Position numbers and translations under genes: made by a program
Assembly (NCBI GenBank): GCA_965215195.1
Contig: CBDCDC010000002.1
Span: forward strand, 3,264,001-3,328,000
Length of the DNA stretch: 64,000 nt
Direction: 5' to 3'
Origin: Candidatus Latescibacterota bacterium
Lineage (GTDB): Bacteria > Latescibacterota > UBA2968 > UBA8231
Shown here: in pieces, positions 19,922-29,828 of the stretch
How the letters are laid out: the number at the start of each line of letters is the position of its first letter
How positions within the stretch are numbered: position 1 is the stretch's first letter
Notes under the pieces: model-generated
The model's input: the letters and a program-made list of their open reading frames with translations, nothing else
What the model was told of the DNA's origin: nothing
The model's database searches: none

Positions 19922-21463
19922 GTGGTCCGGCCCCCTGTCAACCGCATCATTTCCGCGACTTGGGTCGCCCTGATTGCGCTACATGTCCTCCACGTTCTGC
20001 GCTACGACTTTGTCTCGGACGACGCCTTTATCAGCTTGCGCTACGCGGCCAATCTACTCGCCGGACACGGGCTGGTTTTCAACCCAGGAGAACGCGTCGA
20101 GGGCTTTACCAGCCCGCTGTGGACCTTGCTTTTGGCCGGGTTTGGTGCCTGCGGTTTTGACCTGCTAGAAGCTGCCCGCGCCCTCGGCTTGCTCTGTTCG
20201 GTCCTCGCGCTCCCAACCACCTATTGGCTGGCCCGCCAGTGCGGGGCGGCCCGGCCGACCGCCTTGATCGCACCGGCCTTGCTGGCCTGTAACGGCTCTT
20301 TTGCCTGCTGGGCCGCCTCGGGCATGGAGACCCCGCTCTTTGTCGGCCTGATTGCCGCTGCTTTTGCCACTGCCTTGGCCGGAGGCTACTGGACCTCGGC
20401 TAGTTTGGCGGCGGCCGCCGCCCTAGCCCGGCCGGAGGGGCTGCTGGTCTTATTTGTTTTAGGCCTCTATCAACTGTTGCCGGCCAAGCGAGGCGAGGGC
20501 CGCTCGTGCCTGCCGTGGCTCCTCGTTGGCGGCGGCCCGTACGCCCTTTTCTTGGGGTTCCGCCGCTGGTACTACGGGGACTGGCTGCCCAATACATACT
20601 ACGCCAAAACCGGGGGCGGCTGGGCGCAAATACAGCGCGGGCTGGACTATCTGCGCGACTACGCCGCCGATCACGAGGGCCTACTGCTGCTGGTCGGACT
20701 GGCGGTTTTTGCCCTTTTGCGCCGCACAGCCGGGCTGCGCTTGGTGGCTGTCGGCTGGTTGCTCTTTTGGCTGGCGGTCGCGTGGATGGGCGGCGACGGT
20801 CTGCCCATGTACCGCTTTGCGCTGGCCCCACTGCCCCTGTTTGCGGCCTTGGCCGCAGCCTTGGTCTCCGACTTGGCGCGGCCCTCGCTTTGGGAAGGCC
20901 GCAAAAGCGGGGTGGCCTTGGCGGTGGTGCTGGGCTGCGCTTGGGCCTATGCGCATGGGTCGCCGCCGCGCCTCAAGTCGCACTACAGCGCGTATCAGTT
21001 TCAGCAACAAGTAGAAATTCCCCGCTGGACCCGGGTGGGCCAGTGGTTGGCCGCCAGTGCGCCAGCCGGGGCCAGCATTGCCGTCGTGCCCATTGGCGCG
21101 GTGGCGTATTACTCCAAGCTCGAGGTGCGCGATATGCTGGGCCTGACCGACCGGCACATTGCCCAGCGCAACCTGTCGGGCCTAGGCCGGGGCTGGGCCG
21201 GCCACGAAAAGCACGACGGCCAGTACGTCCTCCGCCGCCGACCCACGTACCTCCTGCTGGGCAATGTCGATGTGACCGAGCAGCCCCGCGACCCCGGCAA
21301 GCGGCCCTTTATTCCCTACGACAATCCCCACATCTGGGCGCGGGAACGGGATATGTTTGCCACCGAGTTGATTTTTGAACGCTACCAGCCCCGTTCGGTC
21401 CAGCTCGCCCCGGGACAGTACCTCAACTTTTACGAGCTAAAACCAGAGTTCCGCCAGCCGTAA
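19922..21463 (+). CDS. GT-C fold membrane glycosyltransferase (GT39/arabinofuranosyltransferase-like)
   Basis: DDAFISLRYA.NL..GHGLVFNPGERVEGFTSPLW, SGMET, RPEG, YYGDWLPNTYYAK, DMLGLTD. Confidence 0.75.
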   Translation: MVRPPVNRIISATWVALIALHVLHVLRYDFVSDDAFISLRYAANLLAGHGLVFNPGERVEGFTSPLWTLLLAGFGACGFDLLEAARALGLLCSVLALPTTYWLARQCGAARPTALIAPALLACNGSFACWAASGMETPLFVGLIAAAFATALAGGYWTSASLAAAAALARPEGLLVLFVLGLYQLLPAKRGEGRSCLPWLLVGGGPYALFLGFRRWYYGDWLPNTYYAKTGGGWAQIQRGLDYLRDYAADHEGLLLLVGLAVFALLRRTAGLRLVAVGWLLFWLAVAWMGGDGLPMYRFALAPLPLFAALAAALVSDLARPSLWEGRKSGVALAVVLGCAWAYAHGSPPRLKSHYSAYQFQQQVEIPRWTRVGQWLAASAPAGASIAVVPIGAVAYYSKLEVRDMLGLTDRHIAQRNLSGLGRGWAGHEKHDGQYVLRRRPTYLLLGNVDVTEQPRDPGKRPFIPYDNPHIWARERDMFATELIFERYQPRSVQLAPGQYLNFYELKPEFRQP

Positions 21464-21486
21464 CCGCGCCCGGCATTTGGCATCTA

Positions 21487-23493
21487 GTGGAGAACTTTGT
21501 AGCCTATCCGCAGCGAATTGCCCAGCATCCTCTACCCCATGCCAACCAGCCCATGTCGCGTCCGCAACCTGCCCTTGCTGCCCATGTGACTGGGCGCGGC
21601 CTCTTCATCGGCTGCGTCCTGTGCGCCGTCATTGCCATTGGCGCACCCTATGGACGCCAGCTAATCCAAGGCACTTCGCTGGCCCTGACGTCGGCTACCC
21701 CGATCGCGTTTTTTCTCTTTTTTGTGCTGCTGCTGACCCTGCATCTGGTCTTGGGCTGGTGCCGGCGCGGCTGGGCCCTCCAGCGGGGCGAGCTGATTAC
21801 CATCTTCACCATGATGATGGTGGCTGCGGCCATTCCCACCAAAGGCGTCAACGGCCTGCTCATGCCCATGATTACGGGCACCTTCTACTACGCTACCCCG
21901 GAAAACGATTGGGTCGAGCAAATCCATCCGTGGCTGCCCCGCTGGATCTTGGTGGCCAATCCCGAAGCGGTTAAAGAATTTTACGAAGGGGCCAGCCGCG
22001 GCCGTGGTATCCCTTGGGCGCATTGGTTGCCTCCTTTGGGTGCTTGGCTGTTGCTCTACGGCTCCTTGTATCTAGCTGCGACCTGCCTCAGCGTCATTTT
22101 GCGCCGCCAGTGGGTCCAGCACGAGCGCCTGATCTACCCGCTCATGCAGGTGCCGCTGGCCATGATGGCCGACGATCCGCAGGGCCGGCTGTTAAAGCCC
22201 TTTTTCCGCAGTTGGACCATGTGGATCGGCTTTGCCATCCCGGTGGTCTTTATGAGTTTTTTTGCTCTGCACAACTACTTTCCCTATTTCCCCCAAGTCG
22301 TCCTCAGAACCTCCATTGACGTGTTCCGCCAGAGCATTTTCCTGACCTTTGGGCTCAATTTTCTCATGCTGGGCTTTGGTTATTTCATCAATACGCAGAT
22401 CGGCTTCAGCTTGTGGTTTTTTTACTTGTTGCACCAGCTACAGGAGGGGCTGCTGTTTTACTACGGCCTGCAAGATACCCAAGCCGAATTGGGCTGGTGG
22501 ACCGAACCGGGCATGGGACACCAGATGATGGGGGCCCTCATCGTCTTGGTTCTCTCCGGGCTGTGGATAGGCCGACCCCATTTCAAACGGGTCCTGCGCA
22601 AGGCTTGGCACCGGGACGCCCCGGTAGAAGATGGCGACGAGATCATGTCCTATCGGGCCGCTGTCTGCGGCGCAGCTTGTGGCCTTGCCGGCCTGTGGCT
22701 GTGGCTGTGGCAGACCGGCATTCCCGCTTGGATTGTTCCGGTGTTCCTCTTTGCGGGCTTGGTCATCTTCATCGGCCTAGCCCGGGTCATTTCCGAGACC
22801 GGGCTACCGATCTTCAAAGCCAATATGATCCCGGCGGGCTTTGTCGTGTCCAGCGTAGGCGTACCGGCTCTGGGCGTAAAGGGCATGGTCGCCACCGGCT
22901 ACACTATGGTGTGGTGCGGCGACTTATTGGTTTTTATGATGGCACCCTTGGCCCACGGCCTGCGCCTCGGCAGCGAGCTGCAAAGCGGCCAGCGCCGCCT
23001 GACGTGGGCTGTGGGCTTGGCCATGGTCATCGCCTTGGTCCTGTCGGCGTGGTTCACCATGTACCTCGCCTACCGCTACGGCTCCATGAACCTGCTCATT
23101 TCCCAACACTACGCGGCCGAGCCTTCCCGCTTTGCCCTCGAAAAGATCGCCAATCCCACCGGCCCCAGCCTGAGCGGGTACTCGTGGATGGCCGGGGGGG
23201 GGCTGATTATGGGGCTGCTGCTTTTGGCCCGGCATCAGTTTTTGTGGTGGCCGTTCCATCCCCTCGGGTTCTTGGTCAGCCACGGCCGGGTAATGGATGG
23301 GATTTGGTTTACTCTCTTTTTAGCTTGGCTCTTTAAGAGCTTGGTGCTCAAGTACGGGGGCGTGGGTTTGTACCGCCAGACCCTGCCGTTTTTTTTGGGC
23401 CTTGCCTTGGGCCACATAGTCATCGGCGGCGTCTGGTTGGTCATCGACGGGTTTACCGGCATGGTGGGCAACCGCATCCCCCTCTACTATTAG
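21487..23493 (+). CDS. DUF6785/DUF6784-like polytopic membrane protein
   Basis: Close paralog of 14614-16590 (shared GYTMVWCGDLLVFMMAPLA.GLRL and GNRIPLY). Start may be ATG 21553. Confidence 0.7.
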   Translation: MENFVAYPQRIAQHPLPHANQPMSRPQPALAAHVTGRGLFIGCVLCAVIAIGAPYGRQLIQGTSLALTSATPIAFFLFFVLLLTLHLVLGWCRRGWALQRGELITIFTMMMVAAAIPTKGVNGLLMPMITGTFYYATPENDWVEQIHPWLPRWILVANPEAVKEFYEGASRGRGIPWAHWLPPLGAWLLLYGSLYLAATCLSVILRRQWVQHERLIYPLMQVPLAMMADDPQGRLLKPFFRSWTMWIGFAIPVVFMSFFALHNYFPYFPQVVLRTSIDVFRQSIFLTFGLNFLMLGFGYFINTQIGFSLWFFYLLHQLQEGLLFYYGLQDTQAELGWWTEPGMGHQMMGALIVLVLSGLWIGRPHFKRVLRKAWHRDAPVEDGDEIMSYRAAVCGAACGLAGLWLWLWQTGIPAWIVPVFLFAGLVIFIGLARVISETGLPIFKANMIPAGFVVSSVGVPALGVKGMVATGYTMVWCGDLLVFMMAPLAHGLRLGSELQSGQRRLTWAVGLAMVIALVLSAWFTMYLAYRYGSMNLLISQHYAAEPSRFALEKIANPTGPSLSGYSWMAGGGLIMGLLLLARHQFLWWPFHPLGFLVSHGRVMDGIWFTLFLAWLFKSLVLKYGGVGLYRQTLPFFLGLALGHIVIGGVWLVIDGFTGMVGNRIPLYY

Positions 23494-23673
23494 GCTGTGT
23501 ACGACAATTGTTCAATACGTCATTCCGGCGCTTCACCGCGCCATCCGTTTTCACGAGGACAGGCTTTAGCCCCGGTTCGGCGATGGTGCTCTGGCCCATG
23601 ACACGCTGCGTACCACTCGTTATTTTTTTGGCCTAGCCCATCATTAACTTCATTTACTGAAAGGAGCAGGATC

Positions 23674-24417
23674 ATGGCTGAAGAAAATGTCCGTACCGAA
23701 GTTGCCCACGTGCGCGGCGAGATGCGCGAGAAGTCGGCGCAAGCCGATGCGAAATTGGCCGATATGAACGGCAAGATGCGCGAGGGCTTTGCCCAAGTAC
23801 GAGGCGAAATGGATACTGGATTTGCCCATGTGCGCGGCGAGATGCGAGAGGGATTCGCACGGGTGGACAAGGAAATCGTCCATGTGCGCGGCGAAATGGA
23901 GACCGGATTTGCCGAGATCAACGGCAAAATGGACGCCGGGTTTGCCCGCGTGGACAAGGAAATCGCCCATGTGCGCGGCGAAATGGAGACCGGATTTGCC
24001 GAGATCAACGGCAAGATGGAGACCGGATTCGCACGGGTGGACAAGGAAATCGTCCACGTGCGCGGCGAAATGGAGACCGGATTTGCCGAGATCAACGGCA
24101 AAATGGACGCCGGATTCGCACGGGTGGACAAGGAAATCGTCCACGTGCGCGGCGAAATGGAGACCGGGTTTGCCGAGATCAACGGCAAGATGGATGCCGG
24201 GTTTGCCCGCGTGGACAAGGAAATCGTCCACGTGCGCGGCGAAATGGAGACCGGGTTTGCCGAGATCAACGGCAAAATGGATGCCGGATTTGCCCGCATG
24301 CGGAGCGACATGGAGAAATCGGTCAAGACCTTACTCTATGCGATCCTCAGCACCGGCGGCGTACTGGTCTTGGGCATGATCACCGCGCTCATCAAATTCT
24401 GGTTCACCACCCCATAG
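23674..24417 (+). CDS. Coiled-coil repeat protein with C-terminal membrane anchor (DUF1640/CCDC90-like architecture)
   Basis: AAGGAG RBS; 29-aa repeats ARVDKEIVHVRGEMETGFAEINGKMDAGF; C-terminal TM helix LLYAILSTGGVLVLGMITALI. Confidence 0.75.
   Translation: MAEENVRTEVAHVRGEMREKSAQADAKLADMNGKMREGFAQVRGEMDTGFAHVRGEMREGFARVDKEIVHVRGEMETGFAEINGKMDAGFARVDKEIAHVRGEMETGFAEINGKMETGFARVDKEIVHVRGEMETGFAEINGKMDAGFARVDKEIVHVRGEMETGFAEINGKMDAGFARVDKEIVHVRGEMETGFAEINGKMDAGFARMRSDMEKSVKTLLYAILSTGGVLVLGMITALIKFWFTTP
23857..24291 (+). repeat. Five tandem near-identical 87-bp coding repeats
   Basis: Units start at 23857, 23944, 24031, 24118 and 24205. Confidence 0.95.
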
Positions 24418-24554
24418 ACGCCCTCGTTCGAGGGTGCTCCAAATCCGCCCACTTTTTGCTTGAGATTGCGGCGTATTCGCCGTATCCTATGAAGAAATTT
24501 GCAGGCACGAGGCACTTTTTCTATTCATCCAACTCATCCAAAGGAGGTGGGTTC

Positions 24555-25481
24555 ATGCAGCGCATTGCTATTCTCTTTACAGTCCTCGCCCTAGCGGCCC
24601 TGCCCAATGCGGGCCAAGCGCACTGGGACGCTGGCACAGTTTGGTTCGTCGTCCAGTTTCCCGACGGGGCTACCCCCACCATTGACGGCAATCACGGCGA
24701 CTGGGACGGAGTGCCAGCTTCTTATGGCATTGACAACTCGGTCTTCAACGACGCCCGCGGCCTAGTGCCCGAAGGCTGGAGCAACGCCGACTGGGACGTC
24801 ACCGACTTCAGCATGTTGCACCGGGTCGGCTGGAACGAGACGGACAACAAGATCTACATGGCCACCCAAACCTTCGACGACGAACACAACATGGACCGCA
24901 CCAGCCACTGGAGCGAGGACGATTCGTGGGAGGTGTCGTTTACCTATAACCACGACGCCTATGCCGATGACGGCGGCTACGTCGACATCAACGACGAGAA
25001 CATCGGCATCAATACCCGCTACAACTTCGCGGTGCCCGTCCATCCGACCCTCGGCGACTGGTTCTGGTTGCGCCCGGGCGATTTGACCGGCACCGAGTGG
25101 ATATGGCCCGGTACCGATTGGCTCGAATTCAACTACACTTGGGATGGCGACGAATTCGGCGAGAGCACCTATTACTACGAAATGGGTCTCACGCCCATAG
25201 GCTCGTACCCTACGGGTCTAGAGGGCGGCTACCAGCCCGAGGATGTGGAGGTATGGGATCTGGAAGAAGGTCAGATCATCCACATTTCCATCGTCCAGAT
25301 CGACAATGATGGCGACTTCAACAACTATCGCACCCCCGGTTGCTGCGGCTACTGGAGCACCCTTGACAATTGCTGCGCTTCTGTCAACGATTGGTTTCTG
25401 GCCGAGCCGGATCCGGCCTTTGTCGCCTCCACCGCGGTCGAGGACGATAGCTGGGGCCGCATCAAGGCCCGCTTTAAGTAG
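24555..25481 (+). CDS. Secreted acidic protein, CBM9/DOMON-like fold, with C-terminal TAVEDDSWGRIKARF tail
   Basis: Strong AAGGAGGT RBS, signal peptide (..NAGQA), PTIDGNHGDW, VGWN....KIY...FDD, DSWEV, YYEM, DND. Confidence 0.65.
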   Translation: MQRIAILFTVLALAALPNAGQAHWDAGTVWFVVQFPDGATPTIDGNHGDWDGVPASYGIDNSVFNDARGLVPEGWSNADWDVTDFSMLHRVGWNETDNKIYMATQTFDDEHNMDRTSHWSEDDSWEVSFTYNHDAYADDGGYVDINDENIGINTRYNFAVPVHPTLGDWFWLRPGDLTGTEWIWPGTDWLEFNYTWDGDEFGESTYYYEMGLTPIGSYPTGLEGGYQPEDVEVWDLEEGQIIHISIVQIDNDGDFNNYRTPGCCGYWSTLDNCCASVNDWFLAEPDPAFVASTAVEDDSWGRIKARFK

Positions 25482-25531
25482 GTCGCGTCGCCGCTGGAAT
25501 CGCCTCAATCCAGCTTAGGGGCAACGCTCGG

Positions 25532-25568
25532 AAGCCCGTGTTCCAGCGTGGAACACGGGCTTTTTTTG
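25532..25568 (+). terminator. Intrinsic terminator / stabilising hairpin
   Basis: Perfect stem AAGCCCGTGTTCCA-GCG-TGGAACACGGGCTT followed by a T run. Confidence 0.9.
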
Positions 25569-25602
25569 TTCGCCGCCAAAGACGTACCTCCAAAGGGGAC
25601 GC

Positions 25603-27762
25603 ATGAGAAAACACGGGGTGTTATGGCTGGTCATTGCGCTGGCGAGTCCGGTACTGGGCGATTGGGCCGAGTTCGCGCTGGGCGGCGAGGACGGCAATCC
25701 CTGGACCATCCCCCTCGCGCTAGAGGGAGAAGAAGGCGGCTTCTACACCGTGTACGGCACCGACGGTCAAGTCGTGCGCACCGAGTCCGTGGGCACGTCC
25801 CCCCAGTGGGTCGGTGCCGATACCCTGATCAGCTACGCCGACGGCAGCATGACGCCTTCTTGGGTTGACCCCAACTTGAACCTGACCCACATCGTCAGTT
25901 GGGACCAGAACGGTCAGAGCCAAGTGCCCTTTCACGATCTAGGCGGCAATATCCGCGTCACCCAAGGCGAGAATTCGGCTTTCATGGGCATGACCCTGCC
26001 CAGCACCCTGCTGGCCTACGACGGCGACCGCACCTCGGCCATGTTTCGCATTTTCGTGCAGCGCGAGGGGGCACCCCCGGGGGTGGGCCGCGGCTTCCGC
26101 AACAATACCATTACCAATTTCGGCGCTGAAATGCCCATCAATCGCATCCGCTTCTATCCCCGGCTCAGCAAGACTGAAGACGCCCATATCATCGCCGCCA
26201 TGGCCGAGCCCAAACCCGACCCCGATGCGTTTGGCGAGGAGAGCTTTGCCGCCAACTTTCTCGAGTGGTACGAGATTGGCATCGCCGACAACAGCGCCCC
26301 CATAGCCGACGATGCTTTCACTGTTCCCAAAGGACTGCGCTGGCACAAAGTCCTCTCCTCGGCTGGCCTCGGCGGCTACCGGGTGAGCAACGATCCGGCC
26401 TATACCATTCTGCGCAGTGTGCGCGAAAACCTCGACGTGGTGGTCGACTTTCGCTTCCCCCTGCGGCACGTCCGCTGGGTGGCCATCCGCGCCTTGGACC
26501 CAGTGCGCGACTGGGAAATCGCCGAGGTAGAAATCTACGGACAAGGGTTTGTGCGCCAAGCCCGCTATCTAACCGACATCCTCGACTTTGGCCAACCCAT
26601 CAACTGGGGCAAAATCCGCTGGAGTGGCCAGCGGCCTCCCGGCACCCAAGTCGAAATCCGCACCCGCACGGGCACCGACCACAACCCCCACATCTACTGG
26701 CAGCCCAACGCCATTACCGGCGAGGCCGAGGAAATTAGCTTTGACGAGCACTTCAGCCTGCCCGTGCGCGAGCGCGAACCCCCGCTATACGACCGCGACC
26801 ACTGGAGCTTTTGGTCGCCTCCCTACGACTTTGCGGACGGCTTGCGCGACCGCGCTCAGGAGGCAGCTTGGGCCGACGGCACGGTCCTGCAGTCGCCCTC
26901 TCCACGACGCTACATGCAGTTGCAGATCACCTTGTTTGCCACTGAAACCGAGGCCCCCCGCCTCGACGAGCTACAGTTTCAGCTAGCCCATTCCCTGTCG
27001 GCTTCCGCACTGCTAGGCGAAATTTGGCCGGTCGAAGTCGAAGACACCCGCGCCCAGCGCTTCACGTACGTGGTGCGCCCGGATTTCCAAACCGGCGACA
27101 CGGGCTTCGACCGGCTCGAGATCGGCACCCATACCCAAGTTGACACCGTCTATCACGTCAAAATCGGCGGCGTAGAAATCGATCTGGCGGCCTTCCCGCC
27201 CCAAGTGCTGGCCGACCGCCTCATCGTGGTGCTAGACCGCAAGCTGTCAAGCCCGGAAACCGACCGCTTCAAGCAGGTGGAGGTCGCTTTCAAAGTGCCG
27301 GTTCTGCGCTTCGGCACTGAATTTGCCGGCTGGGTGTACAACAGCGACGACCCCGACCGCATCAAGCAGAAGGTACAGCCGGGCAACGCCACCTTCCGCT
27401 ACGCGGGCGACGTGCTAGCCGTGCGCACCCGCGTAGGAGGTCGGCTGTTGGCGGATGTGCGGGTGCATCCCAACCCTTTTACCCCCAACGGCGACCGGGT
27501 CAACGACGCCACGCGGCTGTCCTTTGACGTGCGCGAAGTGGTCGTGCGCCGTCCCTTGCAAGTGGTCCTGTACGACCTATCGGGCCGCGAGGTTCGGACC
27601 TTGGCTACCACGCAGATCAAAACCGGCATAGTAGAGTACTCTTGGGACGGACGCCGGTCCGACGGCGAGCTGGTGCCCGTAGGGGTCTATGTTTACCGCA
27701 TTCGCCTAGACACCGACCAAGGCGCAGAAGAACAAGTCGGCACCATTGCGGTCGCCTACTAG
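25603..27762 (+). CDS. Secreted protein with FlgD-Ig/T9SS type B-like C-terminal domain
   Basis: Signal peptide; INRIRFYPR, RTRTG, WSFWS, SPSPRRYMQ, PNPFTPNGDRVND...WDGR...IAVAY. Confidence 0.75.
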   Translation: MRKHGVLWLVIALASPVLGDWAEFALGGEDGNPWTIPLALEGEEGGFYTVYGTDGQVVRTESVGTSPQWVGADTLISYADGSMTPSWVDPNLNLTHIVSWDQNGQSQVPFHDLGGNIRVTQGENSAFMGMTLPSTLLAYDGDRTSAMFRIFVQREGAPPGVGRGFRNNTITNFGAEMPINRIRFYPRLSKTEDAHIIAAMAEPKPDPDAFGEESFAANFLEWYEIGIADNSAPIADDAFTVPKGLRWHKVLSSAGLGGYRVSNDPAYTILRSVRENLDVVVDFRFPLRHVRWVAIRALDPVRDWEIAEVEIYGQGFVRQARYLTDILDFGQPINWGKIRWSGQRPPGTQVEIRTRTGTDHNPHIYWQPNAITGEAEEISFDEHFSLPVREREPPLYDRDHWSFWSPPYDFADGLRDRAQEAAWADGTVLQSPSPRRYMQLQITLFATETEAPRLDELQFQLAHSLSASALLGEIWPVEVEDTRAQRFTYVVRPDFQTGDTGFDRLEIGTHTQVDTVYHVKIGGVEIDLAAFPPQVLADRLIVVLDRKLSSPETDRFKQVEVAFKVPVLRFGTEFAGWVYNSDDPDRIKQKVQPGNATFRYAGDVLAVRTRVGGRLLADVRVHPNPFTPNGDRVNDATRLSFDVREVVVRRPLQVVLYDLSGREVRTLATTQIKTGIVEYSWDGRRSDGELVPVGVYVYRIRLDTDQGAEEQVGTIAVAY

Positions 27763-27772
27763 GAGCCTGAGC

Positions 27773-29827
27773 ATGTTGAGAAGCCTGCTTGCTCCAAGCC
27801 TAGCAGCCCTCGTCCTCACGGCCCCGGCCGGGGCCTTGGATACGCTCAGCGTGGGCTTGGACGCCCCCATTGATTGGGATGGCACCGGTGCTGCTATCGG
27901 CACGCTGGACCCAGAGTACCGCAGCTTAGTCGATCCCAACGCGGTGCTAGTAGGCAACGCCCCGGGTGCGCTCATCGACTTCGCCCAGCGGGTCTTAGCG
28001 CCCCGCCAACTGCAAGAGGGCGAAAACATCGCTTCGGGCACCCTCGAACGCGGCGGCACCATAGCCGCCCCCACGGTACTGCGCTTCACAGCCGACTTCA
28101 CCCGCGAGGACCTCGGCGAAACCCTCGGCGAAATCCTCAGCGACTTAGCTGGCGGCGAGACCCAAGCTTTTGAGCGCAAAGGCGACGACGTGCGCGGCAC
28201 CCTCATCATCGGCGACTTAGGGGCCCGCTTTGGCGTCAATCGCTTCCGCTTCTATCCGCGCAATACGGTCCATCCCGCGCCCACGGCCGCCTTTCAGAAC
28301 GACTTTTTGCGCGCGTTTGAGCTGTTCGTCAACGACGGACTCAATCTCACGGCCGATGGTTTTCCCCTGTGGGGTGCGCCCATAGTGGAGGAAGCCCAAA
28401 ATACCGAGCCTGTGGTGGACATCGAATTCGATCCGCCCCGTTATATCCGCTCCTTCCGCCTGCGCTCGGCCACGCCCATCCCCTTTGAAATAGACGAGAT
28501 CGAAATCTACGGCACTGGCTTTTTGCCGGCCGCTGCGTACTTCTCGGACATTTTCGCCACCGGCCTTGCAGCTTGGGGTCGCATTCGCTGGGTGGAAAAA
28601 GCCGTGGGGGACTCGGCCCAGTCCAGCCTGCTGATTTCCACGCGCAGCGGCCATGACGACACGCCTTTTATCTTTCACCGCCGGCGCACGGACAAGCGCA
28701 CCGACCCCGAGATCCCCTTCTCCATCGCCGATCCCACCGCGCCCATGCGCCTAGACGAGTACGAACGACTCCCCTTAGTCGATGCCAATGGCGTCACGTG
28801 GGCCAAAGGCTCGATCAAGGACGATCTAGAAAACTGGAGCCCCTATAGCCCGCCCTATCCACTCGACGAGGGCACGTCCCCCCAAGGCACCCCGATCATT
28901 TCGCCTTCGCCGCGGCGCTTCCTCCAGTTCCGCGTCATCGCCCAGAGCAGCGACATCCATTCAGCCCGCCGCCTCGAGCGCATTTCCCTTTCGTACCTGA
29001 GTCCGCCGCTGGCCGACGAATTCGTCGCCGAGATTTTTCCCCGCCAAGTAGAGGTTTCGACCTCTACGTCCTTCACCTACGCGGTGCGGATGCGCATGGA
29101 TTCGCCCAACCTGCTGGGATTCGATACTTTTGCGATAACGACCCCCATTCGGGTGGAACAGGTGGAACAGGTGGAAATTCTCAATGCCCAAGGCGAGTTA
29201 GTCGCCTCTCATGCCTTTGCCCAAGGCGATACGGCCGGCGGGTCCGGGCTTGCCATCAACGCCATTGCAGAGGACCACTTCAGCGTGCGCTTTCCGCGCA
29301 TCCAAGGCGATGACAGTCTGCTGAAAATTAGGTTTCGCGCGGCCGTGCTGGCCTTTAGCACCGAATTTCGCGGGCAGGCTTCCCTGTCGAGCGAACCCGG
29401 TTCGTTCCAAAACGCCACCTCGGGCAATAGTGCCGACTTGGGAGCCGCGGACCAGCCCACCCGCTCCGGCACCACAGTGCTCAGTCCCTCGATCATCCGC
29501 AGCGCACGGCTGATTGATGCCCTCGAACTGACGCCCAACCCCTTTACGCCCAACGGCGATGGGGTCAACGACCAAGTCGCCATTGCCTATAACATCTTGG
29601 CGCTGACCAAGGCCAGTGCCGTTGCGGTGCGCCTGTACGACCTGTCGGGCCGGCTGGTACACACCCTACAGCAGACGGCGCTCAGCAACGGTCGCTACGC
29701 CCTTACTTGGGACGGGCGAGCCGCTGGTGGCCGGCTCGTCCCCCCGGGCGCGTACTTGGTGGGCGTGGCCGTGGCCGGGGACCAGCGCGACGACCTGCGG
29801 GCACACCCTCTATCCGTAGCCTACTGA
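27773..29827 (+). CDS. Secreted protein with FlgD-Ig/T9SS type B-like C-terminal domain
   Basis: AGGAG RBS, signal peptide; VNRFRFYPR, TRSG, WSPYS, SPSPRRFLQ, PNPFTPNGDGVND...LSVAY. Confidence 0.75.
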   Translation: MLRSLLAPSLAALVLTAPAGALDTLSVGLDAPIDWDGTGAAIGTLDPEYRSLVDPNAVLVGNAPGALIDFAQRVLAPRQLQEGENIASGTLERGGTIAAPTVLRFTADFTREDLGETLGEILSDLAGGETQAFERKGDDVRGTLIIGDLGARFGVNRFRFYPRNTVHPAPTAAFQNDFLRAFELFVNDGLNLTADGFPLWGAPIVEEAQNTEPVVDIEFDPPRYIRSFRLRSATPIPFEIDEIEIYGTGFLPAAAYFSDIFATGLAAWGRIRWVEKAVGDSAQSSLLISTRSGHDDTPFIFHRRRTDKRTDPEIPFSIADPTAPMRLDEYERLPLVDANGVTWAKGSIKDDLENWSPYSPPYPLDEGTSPQGTPIISPSPRRFLQFRVIAQSSDIHSARRLERISLSYLSPPLADEFVAEIFPRQVEVSTSTSFTYAVRMRMDSPNLLGFDTFAITTPIRVEQVEQVEILNAQGELVASHAFAQGDTAGGSGLAINAIAEDHFSVRFPRIQGDDSLLKIRFRAAVLAFSTEFRGQASLSSEPGSFQNATSGNSADLGAADQPTRSGTTVLSPSIIRSARLIDALELTPNPFTPNGDGVNDQVAIAYNILALTKASAVAVRLYDLSGRLVHTLQQTALSNGRYALTWDGRAAGGRLVPPGAYLVGVAVAGDQRDDLRAHPLSVAY

Positions 29828-29828
29828 C

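Noticed and set aside
23491-23512. TAGGCTGTGTACGACAATTG as a possible IS end
   Set aside because: No matching second end or transposase found nearby.
23857-24291. Tandem repeats as a CRISPR array
   Set aside because: Contiguous in-frame coding repeats without unique spacers.
23520-24379. Long alternative-frame and antisense ORFs over the 87-bp repeats
   Set aside because: By-product of stop-free tandem repeats; only 23674-24417 has an RBS and a coherent TM anchor.
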